Shown: positions 36,693-48,078 of the stretch, in pieces | Layout: every line of letters begins with the position of its first letter | Numbering within the stretch: position 1 is the first letter of the stretch | Assembly: GCA_030704615.1 (NCBI GenBank) | Contig: CM060731.1 | Location: 89,280,001-89,344,000 of the forward strand | Source of the DNA: Takakia lepidozioides | Taxonomy: Eukaryota; Plantae; Bryophyta | Length of the DNA: 64,000 bases | Direction: 5' to 3' | Position numbers and translations under genes: made by a program | The notes under the pieces: generated by a model | Database searches by the model: none | What the model was told of the DNA's origin: nothing | The model's input: only the letters and a program-made list of their open reading frames with translations

Positions 36693-39044
36693 TTAATCTT
36701 GAAAATCATCCGAACCCTCATCCTGTTCTAGACTGTCCTGCTCCGCCTCCACCCCCTCATTGCCTTTCTCATCTCCAGCGGACTGCTCGTTGGCCAGGCT
36801 TTCGAAAATCCCATCTTCCCCTTGCGGAACTGTCCATCTCACCTCCGTTGGGTCATCTTCCTCCCTGTCTGCGTCGCTCTCATCCGCTGAATCACATATG
36901 TACTTTCGTACCCGTCTACCTGTCTGAGCTGCTGCCAACTCTTTCCTTATCCTTCTGTCCTCCCTAGCCCTCTCCAAAATCTGCTCTACTTTACTGGGAT
37001 TCTCACTTCTTCTAATCGCTGTATTTGCGAGTTTAGCTGCATAACTAGGAAGGGAGTAGTCCCTCACCGGGCTCGTCATGAAGTCGGCCCTCGCAAAGAA
37101 CGGGACATTCTTCCTGGCAGGAAGTGTAGGCCCTACATCTTTCGACCCGGACCCTGCAATCCTGCACATGACAATCATCAACGAGACTAATGAGAACCAC
37201 AGTCCGGAAATTCGTTTGACAAAAATGACCCGGAAGGCTTTGCAAACTTACAATGTTTGCACTCACTCGTATTCCGGGTTCTCCTCCGCATCAATGTCCA
37301 CTGTGTCTTCCTCGGACTCCGACGAATCCGAGGAGACTTCCGCTCTGTGGGAGCCTTAACATTCCGTTGCAGCCCTTCCAGATGGGATCCCCACACGGAT
37401 GAATCTCCTCGTAGGCAAAGAGGTGTCGGTCGGAAAACCGCCTAGCCCACATTGAGGCACCTGTTACAATGCCATCCACACATTACAACATGGCGCTTCA
37501 GATGTTGCGAACTACATCCTAACGAGAATTTGCAGAACAGCATAGATCAAGATTCTGCATACCTGTCCCACAGATGAGGTCCAGCACTGTGCCCTCCACG
37601 TCTGTGCATGTCTCCATAATTGTCTGAATGAAGGCAGGGCTCCGAGTCCTTGAGTACCGCAGGGGTTCCGTTGAAGTGAGGCTATGAGGGAGAAGTTCCT
37701 TGGGAACGTTGTTGAACAGAACGTCGTAATCGAGGGGGTCGCAGTTTGGGTCAACCTTTCCTCCCTCCTTCCGGAAAGCAAAGGTGGAGTTCTCCTTCAC
37801 AAAGCAGTATGCATCGAACTGCTTCGTCTGCATACACAAGGGGGAACGATTAGAAACCGAATGCGGCACCGCATTTGAAAACACCCAAGCAAACGAATGG
37901 ACGAGTGCCAGTGTCGTAATCACCTTCTTCCCTTCCGACCGAAGGCCCAGTGTGTTGATGCACGTCCACTTCTTTTTCAGAATCGGGACGGCGCTCTTGC
38001 GGGTCCACTTCGCAATTCCTGTCTAAGTGTTTTTTCCTCTGCTCGCTAGGACAACCACACAGCCTCTGTCGTCCAACACCATGCGGGCAAGCCCGAATCC
38101 TTTCTTCCAAAAGTCCTCCGAGTACCTGTTCCAAGATGGCAAAGCTTGCAGTCCTTCCACAGGCTCTCCGTCCGGAATATCCAAGATGATCATATTGCAA
38201 GACCACTCGGTGGCATTTCCGCCCCTCCTACAATCCTTGTCTGCACACACCCTCTCAAAGAACGAGACCATATTCTGAAATCCTGGGGTGTCGGAAGGCT
38301 CTTCGGCAGTCGCCTTCTTCAGTGCTCTGCCCTTCAGACCCTCCATGGTCTTCATGTATGCCAACTTGGCTGCCCGTCCATCCAAAGCCGCCAAGAAACT
38401 CTCATTTACACACTGGACTACTGTTTCGGGAGCCACTTTTGGCCTCTTCATTTCCACCGGCTCGAAAGGGTGCCCCCCTGGGGGGGTTGAAGAGTGCCTT
38501 CTTTGCCGAGCCAGTTCTCGTGCCTCTCGTAACAACGGTGGGCACAGGGGAGGCAGCCTGCGTTTGGGGGGGTGGGCTGGTTGCAAAGTCTCCATCGGAG
38601 TCCTCTTCCTCACCCTCTTCCTGAACATGCTGTTTCTGCTTCTTCGTTTTGGCGGGTGTCACAACAGCTGCTCCTTGCTGGCAAGTCCTCTTCTTCGACC
38701 CCTTCTGTTGGGCCTGCACAGCTGCATCCACCGTCTTTTGTGCCATCTCAGCTGTCTTTCTGGATTCTTCCAGAGCAGTAGATTCCTTTGCCGACTTTGG
38801 CCCAGCAGGGACACGTCTTTCCTTTCTCTTCTCTTCTGCCAAGGCGTGCAGATCTTTCTCAGACTCGTCAACAATACCGCCAGACATATCCAAGTACCAG
38901 GGGCATCCAACGAGATGCGCGGGATGCCATTGTTTCTGCATCTTGGGTGTGTAGACACAGCTTGGGCCCGCCACGGTCCAAGCCATGAAGAACGGGGGCT
39001 CTTGAGCCAGGGCCCCTGTCTGAAGGAGCACGTATTTCATATAC
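36693..39044 (-). pseudogene. Spliced beta-class N6-adenine/N4-cytosine DNA methyltransferase-like gene, copy C
   Basis: Exons 39044-37924, 37827-37563 and 37460 onward. NMIILDIPDG (38181-38167), ARMVLDDRGCVVVL, RTRSPAFIQTIMETCTDVEGTVLDLICGTG|ASMWARRFSDRHLFAYEE. Frameshift near 38450, TAG at 38023. Further upstream exons are possible. Confidence 0.85.
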
Positions 39045-39682
39045 CTGCAAGGCAGTCAGCATGCGTGAGCATAAGATTGGACGAACCTACTCGCAGAGTG
39101 CCACCAAAAACATAAAATGCGAATGCGGTGCCGCATTTCCGACAAACCTCGTAACCAGGCTTCGCATACAAGGGCAGCTGTGCTTCACCTGTAAACAATT
39201 CGCATTGCAGCTTTCCCCGCTCCCTCCTGATGTGTAAACTCCACGCTCCTTCTTGCTGTCTGTAGCTCTCTGGCGAAAAGGTTGTCCTTGTACGCACATC
39301 TGAAACGTGTCACGTAGTCTTCCAATGTCTGTGTTCCATCCCATTTGACGTACAAGCCGAACGAATTTGTGTGCATTACGACTTGCTCCTTTGCATTCGA
39401 CATTACCTGCGATTCCCAAATGCATTGTCACGTAGCAGTTCAGGGAATTCATTTCAGAAAAGCAAATCTGGGGAAGTACCTTGAATTACCTGGAACCACC
39501 AAGTCATGCGGTTGAGCCACACATCCACTGCAGGGTCGGAAACTTCGAGTGGAAAAGACCACATTGTCCTTATGCTCTCGGATGCATTCCAGATCGACAG
39601 CCCACCGTGTCTGCCATTTCCGATCCAATGTCAGGAGCTGGAAGAGAGTGGCTATTGCTAGGAAGGAACTTCAGTGCATTGA

Positions 39683-40182
39683 NNNNNNNNNNNNNNNNNN
39701 NNNNNNNNNNNNNNNNNNNNNNNNNNNNNNNNNNNNNNNNNNNNNNNNNNNNNNNNNNNNNNNNNNNNNNNNNNNNNNNNNNNNNNNNNNNNNNNNNNNN
39801 NNNNNNNNNNNNNNNNNNNNNNNNNNNNNNNNNNNNNNNNNNNNNNNNNNNNNNNNNNNNNNNNNNNNNNNNNNNNNNNNNNNNNNNNNNNNNNNNNNNN
39901 NNNNNNNNNNNNNNNNNNNNNNNNNNNNNNNNNNNNNNNNNNNNNNNNNNNNNNNNNNNNNNNNNNNNNNNNNNNNNNNNNNNNNNNNNNNNNNNNNNNN
40001 NNNNNNNNNNNNNNNNNNNNNNNNNNNNNNNNNNNNNNNNNNNNNNNNNNNNNNNNNNNNNNNNNNNNNNNNNNNNNNNNNNNNNNNNNNNNNNNNNNNN
40101 NNNNNNNNNNNNNNNNNNNNNNNNNNNNNNNNNNNNNNNNNNNNNNNNNNNNNNNNNNNNNNNNNNNNNNNNNNNNNNNNNN
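39683..40182. other. Assembly gap (500 N)
   Basis: Run of N. Confidence 1.
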
Positions 40183-40199
40183 TGACTGAAACTTACCTT

Positions 40200-43100
40200 T
40201 GTTCCAAATTCAAGCTCAAACCGGGCACAGTTTATTTGGAAGAAGAAAGGAAGGATGTTCCTGGATAGGTTGACGAGACCATTGTCGTGCTAGGTAGCGA
40301 TGGAGGTTGCGGAATCGAATGGCACGTACCCCCATCAGACACCATCCTGTACCGAGCTGTGGGAATGCCCATTCCCTTTCCGAATCAGTCGCTGCCCACA
40401 CCATCCACAAAGGAGTCCGGAAACCGACAGGCGGCCACTGCCAACAGAGAGGTATGCAACGATAATCATTCCCGACCTGGACCGTCAAGACCCTCCATAG
40501 CTTCTCGTGTGGACGTATTCGACATTTCCGATGAGGAAGATGATTGCATTGAGGTACCCATGTCCTCCACACGGTCGTTCAAATCCGGCATGGACGTCTC
40601 TGTAGGTGCTACGCATGTGCCCTCGAGCATAACTCCAACCCGGTCCATTGTGCAGCTCCTACGACAACATCACCTCGATGGTTCTCGCTCCGAGCTGGCT
40701 GCTCTCGACTATGCCAAATTCCAGTCAGAAAGGTAACGTTTTTGCCTCCCGAAGTCGATGGCAATGTCATCTTCGAGTTTCCACCTGTTTCTTCGTCAAA
40801 CAAAGCCTCCGGGATGTTAACAGACATGGATCGAAAGCATGACGGACACCCCTGGTGTGTGACGAAGACCAGTAGCACGAAAATTGCTGATGGTGTTCGT
40901 GTACGATATGTCCTCTGTGCGGGGAAGCTGAGGTGCCTCAATCCCACCTGCTTCCACTTTCTCTCCAAAGGAGGGCGGAGAAACGAGACGGATTGGACTG
41001 GCACAACGCATCATCCATTCATTGTCTCTAGCCAAGCTCCTGCGGGTTCTTTCAAGTGTGCACATTGCAAAGAACCACCGACGTGCATGTCCATGTGCAG
41101 AGCCAAGCAATATTACGTAATCCATTTGCTCCCGGACTTGACTAGAGCTTGCATACACGTTGGGGTCCACTGCCACCCCTTGACGAGAGGCAACATGCGT
41201 GAGGCTGTGCAGGAAGCACACGACATCATAAAAGAGGAGGTGAAATTGAGCCCCGGAGCCAGACCAAAGCAGATTCAGCTGAAGGCAGCCCACAAGATTG
41301 CTCTTGGCAAAATCATGTCTGAAGATGGTTCCGACCGAGAGCCCTGACCGAAGACGAGATGCGTGACCTCTTGGAGTCCGTCTCGCACGTTTGTAGTCCG
41401 AATGTGCGGAATCACATCGTATCTTGCAAGCAGGAGTTCGGCAGGGGGTCGGACATGTACTCAATCCCGGAGGTGAAACGAATGACTGGATATGACTACA
41501 TCCAAGGTAGCAGGTTTCCAGGGCAAGGCAGCGAATCCGATCGTTGTTACATTTTCAAAATGTCAACGTGTGGGCCTGGGAGTGGAGTCGACTTGGTCAC
41601 TCGCATGACAACTGGAAACTTGTCGAATGCTTGGGTGATGTTTGATCACATCAAGAGAATTACAAACCATCAGTGGGTGACTATGGGTGCGCATGTTTAT
41701 GACTATCACTCCAAGAGGCTCATGACGATTGCAATCTGCGAGATGAAAGGGGAGGACACACAGTCCGAGATGCATCTGTGGGAGGCATAAACGAGCAGAT
41801 GGCAAGGGCGGGATTGCCAGAGCCCAATTTCAGGGGATTCATGGCAGACAACGCTCAGGCCAACTGGGCAGCGATGCGGCGTGTGTACGGTGAGGACCCC
41901 AATGTTCCAATGGAGGGGGAAAGAGAGATCCTGTGGATTCCATTGGATGCAGAGTCTATCCCACTACACTACCAAATTTGTTGCTAGCTCATTCCAGGCT
42001 GAACACCGTGTCCTTTGCACGGCGTGGAAGGATGCACCCACATTTGATGACGCGGAGGTTAAGTTTGCTATCATCGAGGCTTGGTGGAACACGTCAGGTG
42101 CAGTGGAGACAACCAATCTGGGAGCATTGCACAGCTGGTTGGGGTGGTGGCATTTTCGGTATCGACAGTTTCGGACAGTACATGCGGGAGGTAGGCTGCT
42201 GTCATTTTCGTTCATTTGTCTTTCTGTTGCGGACATTTCGATTGGTCCCTCACCATTGTTTGTGTCCTTCTAGGAGCGGTGCTTGGATTCCGACACGGAC
42301 ATGCCGAACACGAATATGGCAGAATCGGTCCACTCCTCCTGGCGAGCGTCTTCTGCCGCACATCTGGTGGACGTAGTGACGGCCACAACGGAGGACATCG
42401 ACAGAGCAATCATGCAGCAAGCCACGTACTACAAGTTCCTGAGCGGCAAACAATGGGGCTTTGGGCCGGACAGGGAGGAATTGTTGGTACGAACAGCTTC
42501 GCGGTCCAAGAATCCACTGAAATGGGCGACAACATTGCGAGAGAAGATCAAAGGGACGCCTCTGCACCGCAGAGGTGAACACATAGAGGGGGACGTCCGG
42601 ACTCGCCCTGTGAGGCGGAGGATTGAAGAGGAACCCGGGTGCGAAGAGGATTCCTGGAGATCCGACAGGAACATTCGGACAGCACCTCGAGGTCCCGTCA
42701 TGTTGCCGCACAATGTGTCTTCCAGCAGTGGAAGCCCAAGAAATTCCAGATCGCCGTCGCCTTCAACCGGGGATTTCGTGCGAGAAATTCCCACCGCTCC
42801 CTTGCCCCAGATTCCGCCCGCTGTTATGCAGTATGGCCAAGCCATTGTGGAGACGACTGTGTCTGCATCACAGTGGAGAATTGCTCGCACAAAGCCGTCG
42901 TTTCGAGGAAGGTGTTCCGCAATTCGTGTGGATACACGGCAACGTTGTTTAGAGATGATAAGGAGGAATCCAGATGGGGCTGTCCCTGCTCCTACTTTTA
43001 CAGGAAGATTTGTCCATGCAAAGTTTGCGGAGGCGACAACCACCCAGTTCTGGTTCTGCAGGCACGACATTATGACTTGCGTGTATGGAAAGCCCAAGTA

Positions 43101-43605
43101 CGGCATACAAACAATGCCAGAGGCTCCCCCGGTGTGGCCGGTGGAACCAGGCTGCGATCTGAGTCAGGTTGAGGCCGACGTCCTTACCGCCGCAGGATTT
43201 TGGATGGTGCAGCGCACTGACGTCCCCAGACAACCATTTCCGCTTCCACAGCCTCCACCACCGACCCCTGTGAGAGCAAGAACAATGGGACACGACAGCT
43301 CTAAGCATCCTACACACCGTTGGGGGAAACCGAAGAGGCGGCGACCTCCCTCAAAAGTGAACGAGACAAGGATGGGGAATGCACTTCGGATGAACTGTAC
43401 AATCCAGAGCTCGACAGAAGTGCCCCCACCAGGATTCAGGCGTGTGTATCAGATGGCCACGGCAGGCTCAGCTGTTCGCAATGAGGTGTACACCATCACC
43501 ATTTCAGAATTACCCACCTGCAATTGCACCGACTTCCAGATCATGGCGAACAAGGGGGCATCATACTGCCCTTGCAAGCATTTGTACTACGTGTACCTAA
43601 AGAGA
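40200..43605 (+). pseudogene. MULE transposase: GCM/WRKY-like zinc domain, DDE core, Cys-rich domain, SWIM finger (copy C)
   Basis: DGHPW..CAGKLRCLNPTC..CAHC..C..HVGVHCHP; WVMFDHIKR; GFMADNAQAN; SCGFHW; TNMAESVH; SWIM CNCTDF..CPCKHL. Intron 42191-42273 (GT-AG); several 1-bp frameshifts. The start is uncertain because of the gap. Confidence 0.92.
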
Positions 43606-44268
43606 CCAGTAACCTGTTTTGCTCGAACTAAGATATTACTATATCGTTCACTTGTTTCCATGTGCATGTATTTTTGTATGTTGGAGGGTTCATGTTTTTC
43701 TGCTTTCCGAAAACTTGCTTTCCTCATTCGACCTCCGACAAGGAAATGCGGCGCCGCATTTCCAAGTATCGTCGTAGGTACTGGTAGAGGCGGCCTTCGC
43801 CAACACGAAACCGCTCCGAAATTTCGCACGTGCAAACCCTAATGCGGCACCTTATTTCCCAGTTCAGTTGCAAACCTTTCCCGCCGAATACCCGAAGAAG
43901 ACAGAATTGTGAAGTACTGCAGAATACTCTATACAGGCCAGTATGCGACGTCCTTTTGCAGTGGTATACTGGATTTCCCGTTGCACGGTCACTTATTTCC
44001 ATGAGCGGATCTAAAAAACCATGAGCGGACTTGTTACTGACGACATATCTTCGCCGAATTACATGATCTGGAACGTCCAAAAACGGCAAGGTCAAATAAA
44101 AAACTATTATTTTAATACTTGTTTAATCTGCCGCATTTCCAAATTTGGAGGAGTCCGCTCATGAAATCCGCGTATCTTAGACTTCGGCTCACCGCTCATG
44201 CGGCTCATGCGGCTCATGGCTCATGGCTCATGGTTTCTGCTCATGAAATAGTAAACCTCAGAAGGGAC

Positions 44269-44965
44269 TGCTTGTGGATCCTAGAAAGACAAAGGCCATT
44301 AAAGCCTCACCACCACCAAATAACGTTAAGGGTCTAGGGAGATTTCTTGGACAAACCAGCTACTACAGAAGGTTTGTCAGACGGTATGCACAGATGGCAG
44401 CACCATTGAGCAAGCTTTTGAAGAAGGATGAAGTGTTTGCATGGACAGCTGAATGTCAACAGGCTTTCGAGGAACTTACATTGTCAGTGATAACTACACT
44501 TGTACTGATTAACCCTCACTGGCATGTGGTATTTCATGTACACTGTGATACCTCAGGAGAAGCATTGGGGGCTGTGAATTAGCCCAAAACGTCACATGAA
44601 ACATAGATTCACCTGTGTACTATGCTAGCAGATTATTGAACAGTGCTGAAAGGAACTATAGCACTACTGAAAGAGAAGCTTTGGCAATGATTTATGTAGT
44701 TAAGAAGTTCAGGCATTACCTATTGGGAAGGAAGTTTATGTTTTATGTGGATCATCAAGCTTTGATTTATTTGGTGAACAAGCCTTTGATAAGTGGCAGG
44801 ATAGCAAGATGGTTGATAATCTTGCACGAGTTTGAATTCAAAGTTGTTTACAAGCCTGGCCGTTTGCATCTTGTGGCAAATCATTTGTCAAGGTTATCAA
44901 CAGGAGAGCCCGCCACTGGAGTAGACGACCAACTCCCTGATGCGAGTTTATTTGCAGTGGAATCA
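44269..44965 (+). pseudogene. RT C-terminus and RNase H of the second gypsy family (right part)
   Basis: RFLGQTSYYRRFV, HCDTSG, YASRLLNSAERNYSTTEREALA, YVDHQAL, ANHLSR. Confidence 0.92.
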
Positions 44966-45462
44966 TGGTTGTGCTTCCTATTTGTATTCCTTCTTGCCTT
45001 TGTGTTATCAATTTACCTTACCGTGTATACTGAAGCATCAGATTGCTTCAGTATCTACTAAGTTCCAATTAATCATGCATTCATTCCACAGCTTCTCTCG
45101 TGTCTCTCTACACAGTATGTTTGTATCGATCCAGTATCGGATTAAGATTAATCATGTATCATGCCTATGCCATGGTGTCTCTATTCTACCCTACTGTATA
45201 ATTTTACAGCTTGCATGAATTAAGCCTCAATCAAGTCATCATCTCCTCTTCACTGTTTCCGCTCTCCGTTACGTCTCCTCCTCTCATGAACTAGTTGCCC
45301 TCCTCAAGAAGTGATCTCCTTCCTGTTGCCGCTCTGCCTAATCTACTCACAAGTTGTTCTAACCACCTAACTAACTAACCGTCACCCCTGAAGTAACACG
45401 TACCCTCTGCAGATGTCGTTCCCACACAGTCGTTCCCTGTCAATGATAACTGTTCCCCATGT

Positions 45463-45607
45463 ACTGTGACAGGCTGTGTCAAGCTGTGCCGAGCTGTGAC
45501 TGGCTGTGTAAAGCTATGTCGGGCTGTGACTGGCTGTACGAAGCTGTGTCGGGCTGTGACTAGCTGTGCGAAGCTGTGTCAGGCTGTGATAGACTGTGAC
45601 GAGCTGT
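45463..45607. repeat. 20-bp tandem repeat (~7 copies, AAGCTGTGTCGGGCTGTGAC-like)
   Basis: Direct inspection; gctgtg recurs with a 10-bp subperiod. Confidence 0.8.
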
Positions 45608-45767
45608 CTAACCCTCCTTAAGCCTGCTTCAGCCACCCCTAAGGCTCCTGTTGGTCTCAGTCTGCGCAAAAATTAAGGGTACCCCACAGAACCCGTAAAA
45701 GCGTCTAAGTCCCAAGCAACCCTCTAACATTACCCCTCCCCCTATCAAAAAACCGTGTCCTCACGGT

Positions 45768-46838
45768 TTACTGTTTGGGATCAGTAAACCTTTGTGAGCG
45801 AGCACCCTTCTGTCGGTGAGAATCTCGTGAAGGACTCCGTGTGCGAGCCCGAGTCTTGTCAGCGGCTGATGGAGATGATTGAGCACTACCTGGAAATGTC
45901 TGACCCTCCTTTGGCTGATAACGAGGTAACCTCTTAGGCATAGGAGATCCCCGTCGTTTCTTCTCTGCCATCTGAAGTGCATAGTCCTATGCCATGTCAA
46001 AAGAGTCATATGAAGAAACAATAGTATCAGAATCCTCGTCCCCCCTTAGGTGTGTTAACGGCCAAACTTTAAGTGGCTTCTCGGGAATCTTGCGTGGCAT
46101 ACAATGTAGGCCCACCATGTCTGGAAGTTTAAACTGTACGACTTGTTGTAAGCGCTTGCAAGCAAAATTAGTGAACGCCCTGAACTCCTTAGCCGTCTAA
46201 GTGAGAGGTGTGCCAATGACTTTGGAACAGTGTAAGTATTTCCAGGCTTCATGTCCCTTAAAGAAAATATCCTCAGGGCCAAATTTCTGTGTTGCCAAAT
46301 TGTTCCAAGCCGAATTAAACCATGAACGAAGTTGGGAATCCTTCTGCATCATAACTTTCGCATCATATAGGTACATATGAGGTGGCACTGAAGGTAAAAC
46401 CCAATGATCCCCACTGGAATAACTCAGAAATCGTGATTGCATCTTCTGCTGCTCAATGTGATAACGTGCCATAAAACAAGCAACATAGTATAATCCACAG
46501 CCCATGACAATACTAGATACCTCCTTGGTCTTGGTATAGATGTACCCATGTACAACCTGGAAGGCAATTAATTCCTTCAGCATGGTACCTGCCTCAGACC
46601 AGTACCTGACAAAGTGATGATCCTCAATGGGACAATTGTTCGGAAGAACCTTAGTCCGAGTTGCCACTGGCAACCAAATGCGCATGATCTGGTAGTAATG
46701 TGCCAACGACTGCGGAAGACTAAATTCCTTCCAAGCCAAATCCAGCACAATGGGAATTTGGTTGAAGGGCATAATCATAGCCCGACTGTACTCCCGTGCA
46801 GCAGGAGTCCTAGGTGGGTTAAAAGCAGCAACCCCCCA
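45768..46838 (-). pseudogene. Unknown TE-associated ORF remnant
   Basis: About 210 open codons (WGVAAFNPP...KVIGTPLT) fused to the integrase fragment at 46840, continuing past stops to a Ser/Arg-rich tail. No family recognised. Confidence 0.35.
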
Positions 46839-46839
46839 C

Positions 46840-47166
46840 TCTGTGTGCATACCACGCCACCAATACTGCCCCTGCAGTAAACTATGAGTGCGTCGCACTC
46901 CAAAATGCCCCCAACTCCTCATGGGCATGCCACACTAACCGTGCACGCTGTGTTGGGTGAGGCACGATCCTCACCTGACCATCCTCCCACACTCGAAGCA
47001 GGTGTATCCCCTCCCACTTGAACCTCTTGGCTCGTTGTAGGATCCGATCCCTCTCCTTGGCAGTCACACTAGCTGACGTGTCTCCAGTGCGGAGGTAGTC
47101 CAACACAACCGAATCCTCATGTATATCTCTGGCACCACCTAGCTCATCACTAGCCTCAGGGTCCTC
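46840..47166 (-). pseudogene. Inverted integrase N-terminal fragment of the DNMT-gypsy family
   Basis: Near-identical to 23712-24038 (LDYLRTGD..HAHEELG..WWRGMHTE). Confidence 0.92.
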
Positions 47167-47970
47167 AATTGTATCCTTTACCCATCATGGGATTGGGCTA
47201 CAGGTGGAGTCTTGACTTCGCAGGGCCTTTGCCACTGACGATGCGTCACCACAGATATGTATTGGTGATGGTGGAGCACTTTTCCAAGTGGATTGAGTTG
47301 GTTCCATTGCCTGACAAGGCTAGTGAGGGGGCTGCGTATGCATTCCTGGATCGTGTGCTTAGCCGATTCGGTGCTCCAGCTGAGGTACTCACGGACCAAG
47401 GGAGAGAGTTCTTGGGGGAGTTTCAAGCTTTGTATGATAAAGCCTTGATAGACCACCGTACCACTTCTCGGGATCATCATGAGGCTGATGGCTTGGCAGA
47501 GAGAGTGGTGCAGACGGTGAAGAGGGGTTTGCGCAAGTATGGCTTGCAAAAAGGACACCTAGGAGATTGGGATCTTCAGGTACCTTGGCTAGCCATGGGC
47601 TACAGGTTTAGCAAGCAAGCATCACTTGCCTCCTTCTCACAATATTTCCTTCTCTTTGGCCGAGAGCCAGATTTGCCTGCGTCTATTCGCAGGGAGGCTG
47701 CAGTAGTCCTCAACCTTGATGATCCGGATGTGTGGACATAAGCATATGCCCAGCGGGCAGAGTTGTTCAAGAGAGTCATGCCTATGGCTTTTGAGAATCT
47801 TGCTATTGCCCAACACCGAGACACATTGAGGTATGTCACTATACGTGGAGGAGGATATCGGCCAGGTGTTCGGCGTTTCCACCCTGGGGACTATGTGTAT
47901 CTGCAGCAGACAACGCCTATAACCTTGGATGTCATAGCAGGATGTGTGATTCTAAGGGTCAGGGAGGTGC
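47167..47970 (+). pseudogene. Integrase DDE core fragment of the DNMT-gypsy family (copy 3)
   Basis: ORFs 47169-47741 and 47763 onward are nearly identical to the copy 2 integrase. TAA at 47739. Confidence 0.93.
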
Positions 47971-48078
47971 TTGCTGTGGTATTGGTACCACTGGCCCTTC
48001 TACCACTGGCATCTCCTGCACTCCCTGCAAAGAAGACTGAAAAATTAGAGTCCTGGCAAATAAATAAGTAGCCATCAG

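Larger units (their letters stand above)
33416..44259 (+). mobile_element. Mutator-like DNA transposon MULE-C (~10.8 kb) with transposase, amino-methyltransferase-like gene and two unknown paralogous genes
   Basis: 9-bp TSD AGAAGGGAC at 33407-33415 and 44260-44268; removing the element restores RT ..CKKGLLVDP... 21-bp TIRs at 33416-33436 and 44239-44259 (17/21). Six CATGAGC repeats at 33430-33471 and inverse copies at ~44155-44245. Contains an assembly gap. Confidence 0.95.

Noticed and set aside
36693-39044. Bacterial contamination or a restriction-modification system as the source of the MTase
   Set aside because: The gene has GT-AG introns conserved between two copies, lies within a TSD-bounded eukaryotic transposon, and no endonuclease partner is recognisable.
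39481-40268. Long ORFs in the track (234 and 239 aa)
   Set aside because: Artefacts of translation through the 500-N gap.
46042-46050. CCCCTTAGG, identical to the 9 bp flanking the MULE-B terminus (18639-18647)
   Set aside because: No TIR or CATGAGC repeats are adjacent, so it is treated as a chance match, not the second TSD.
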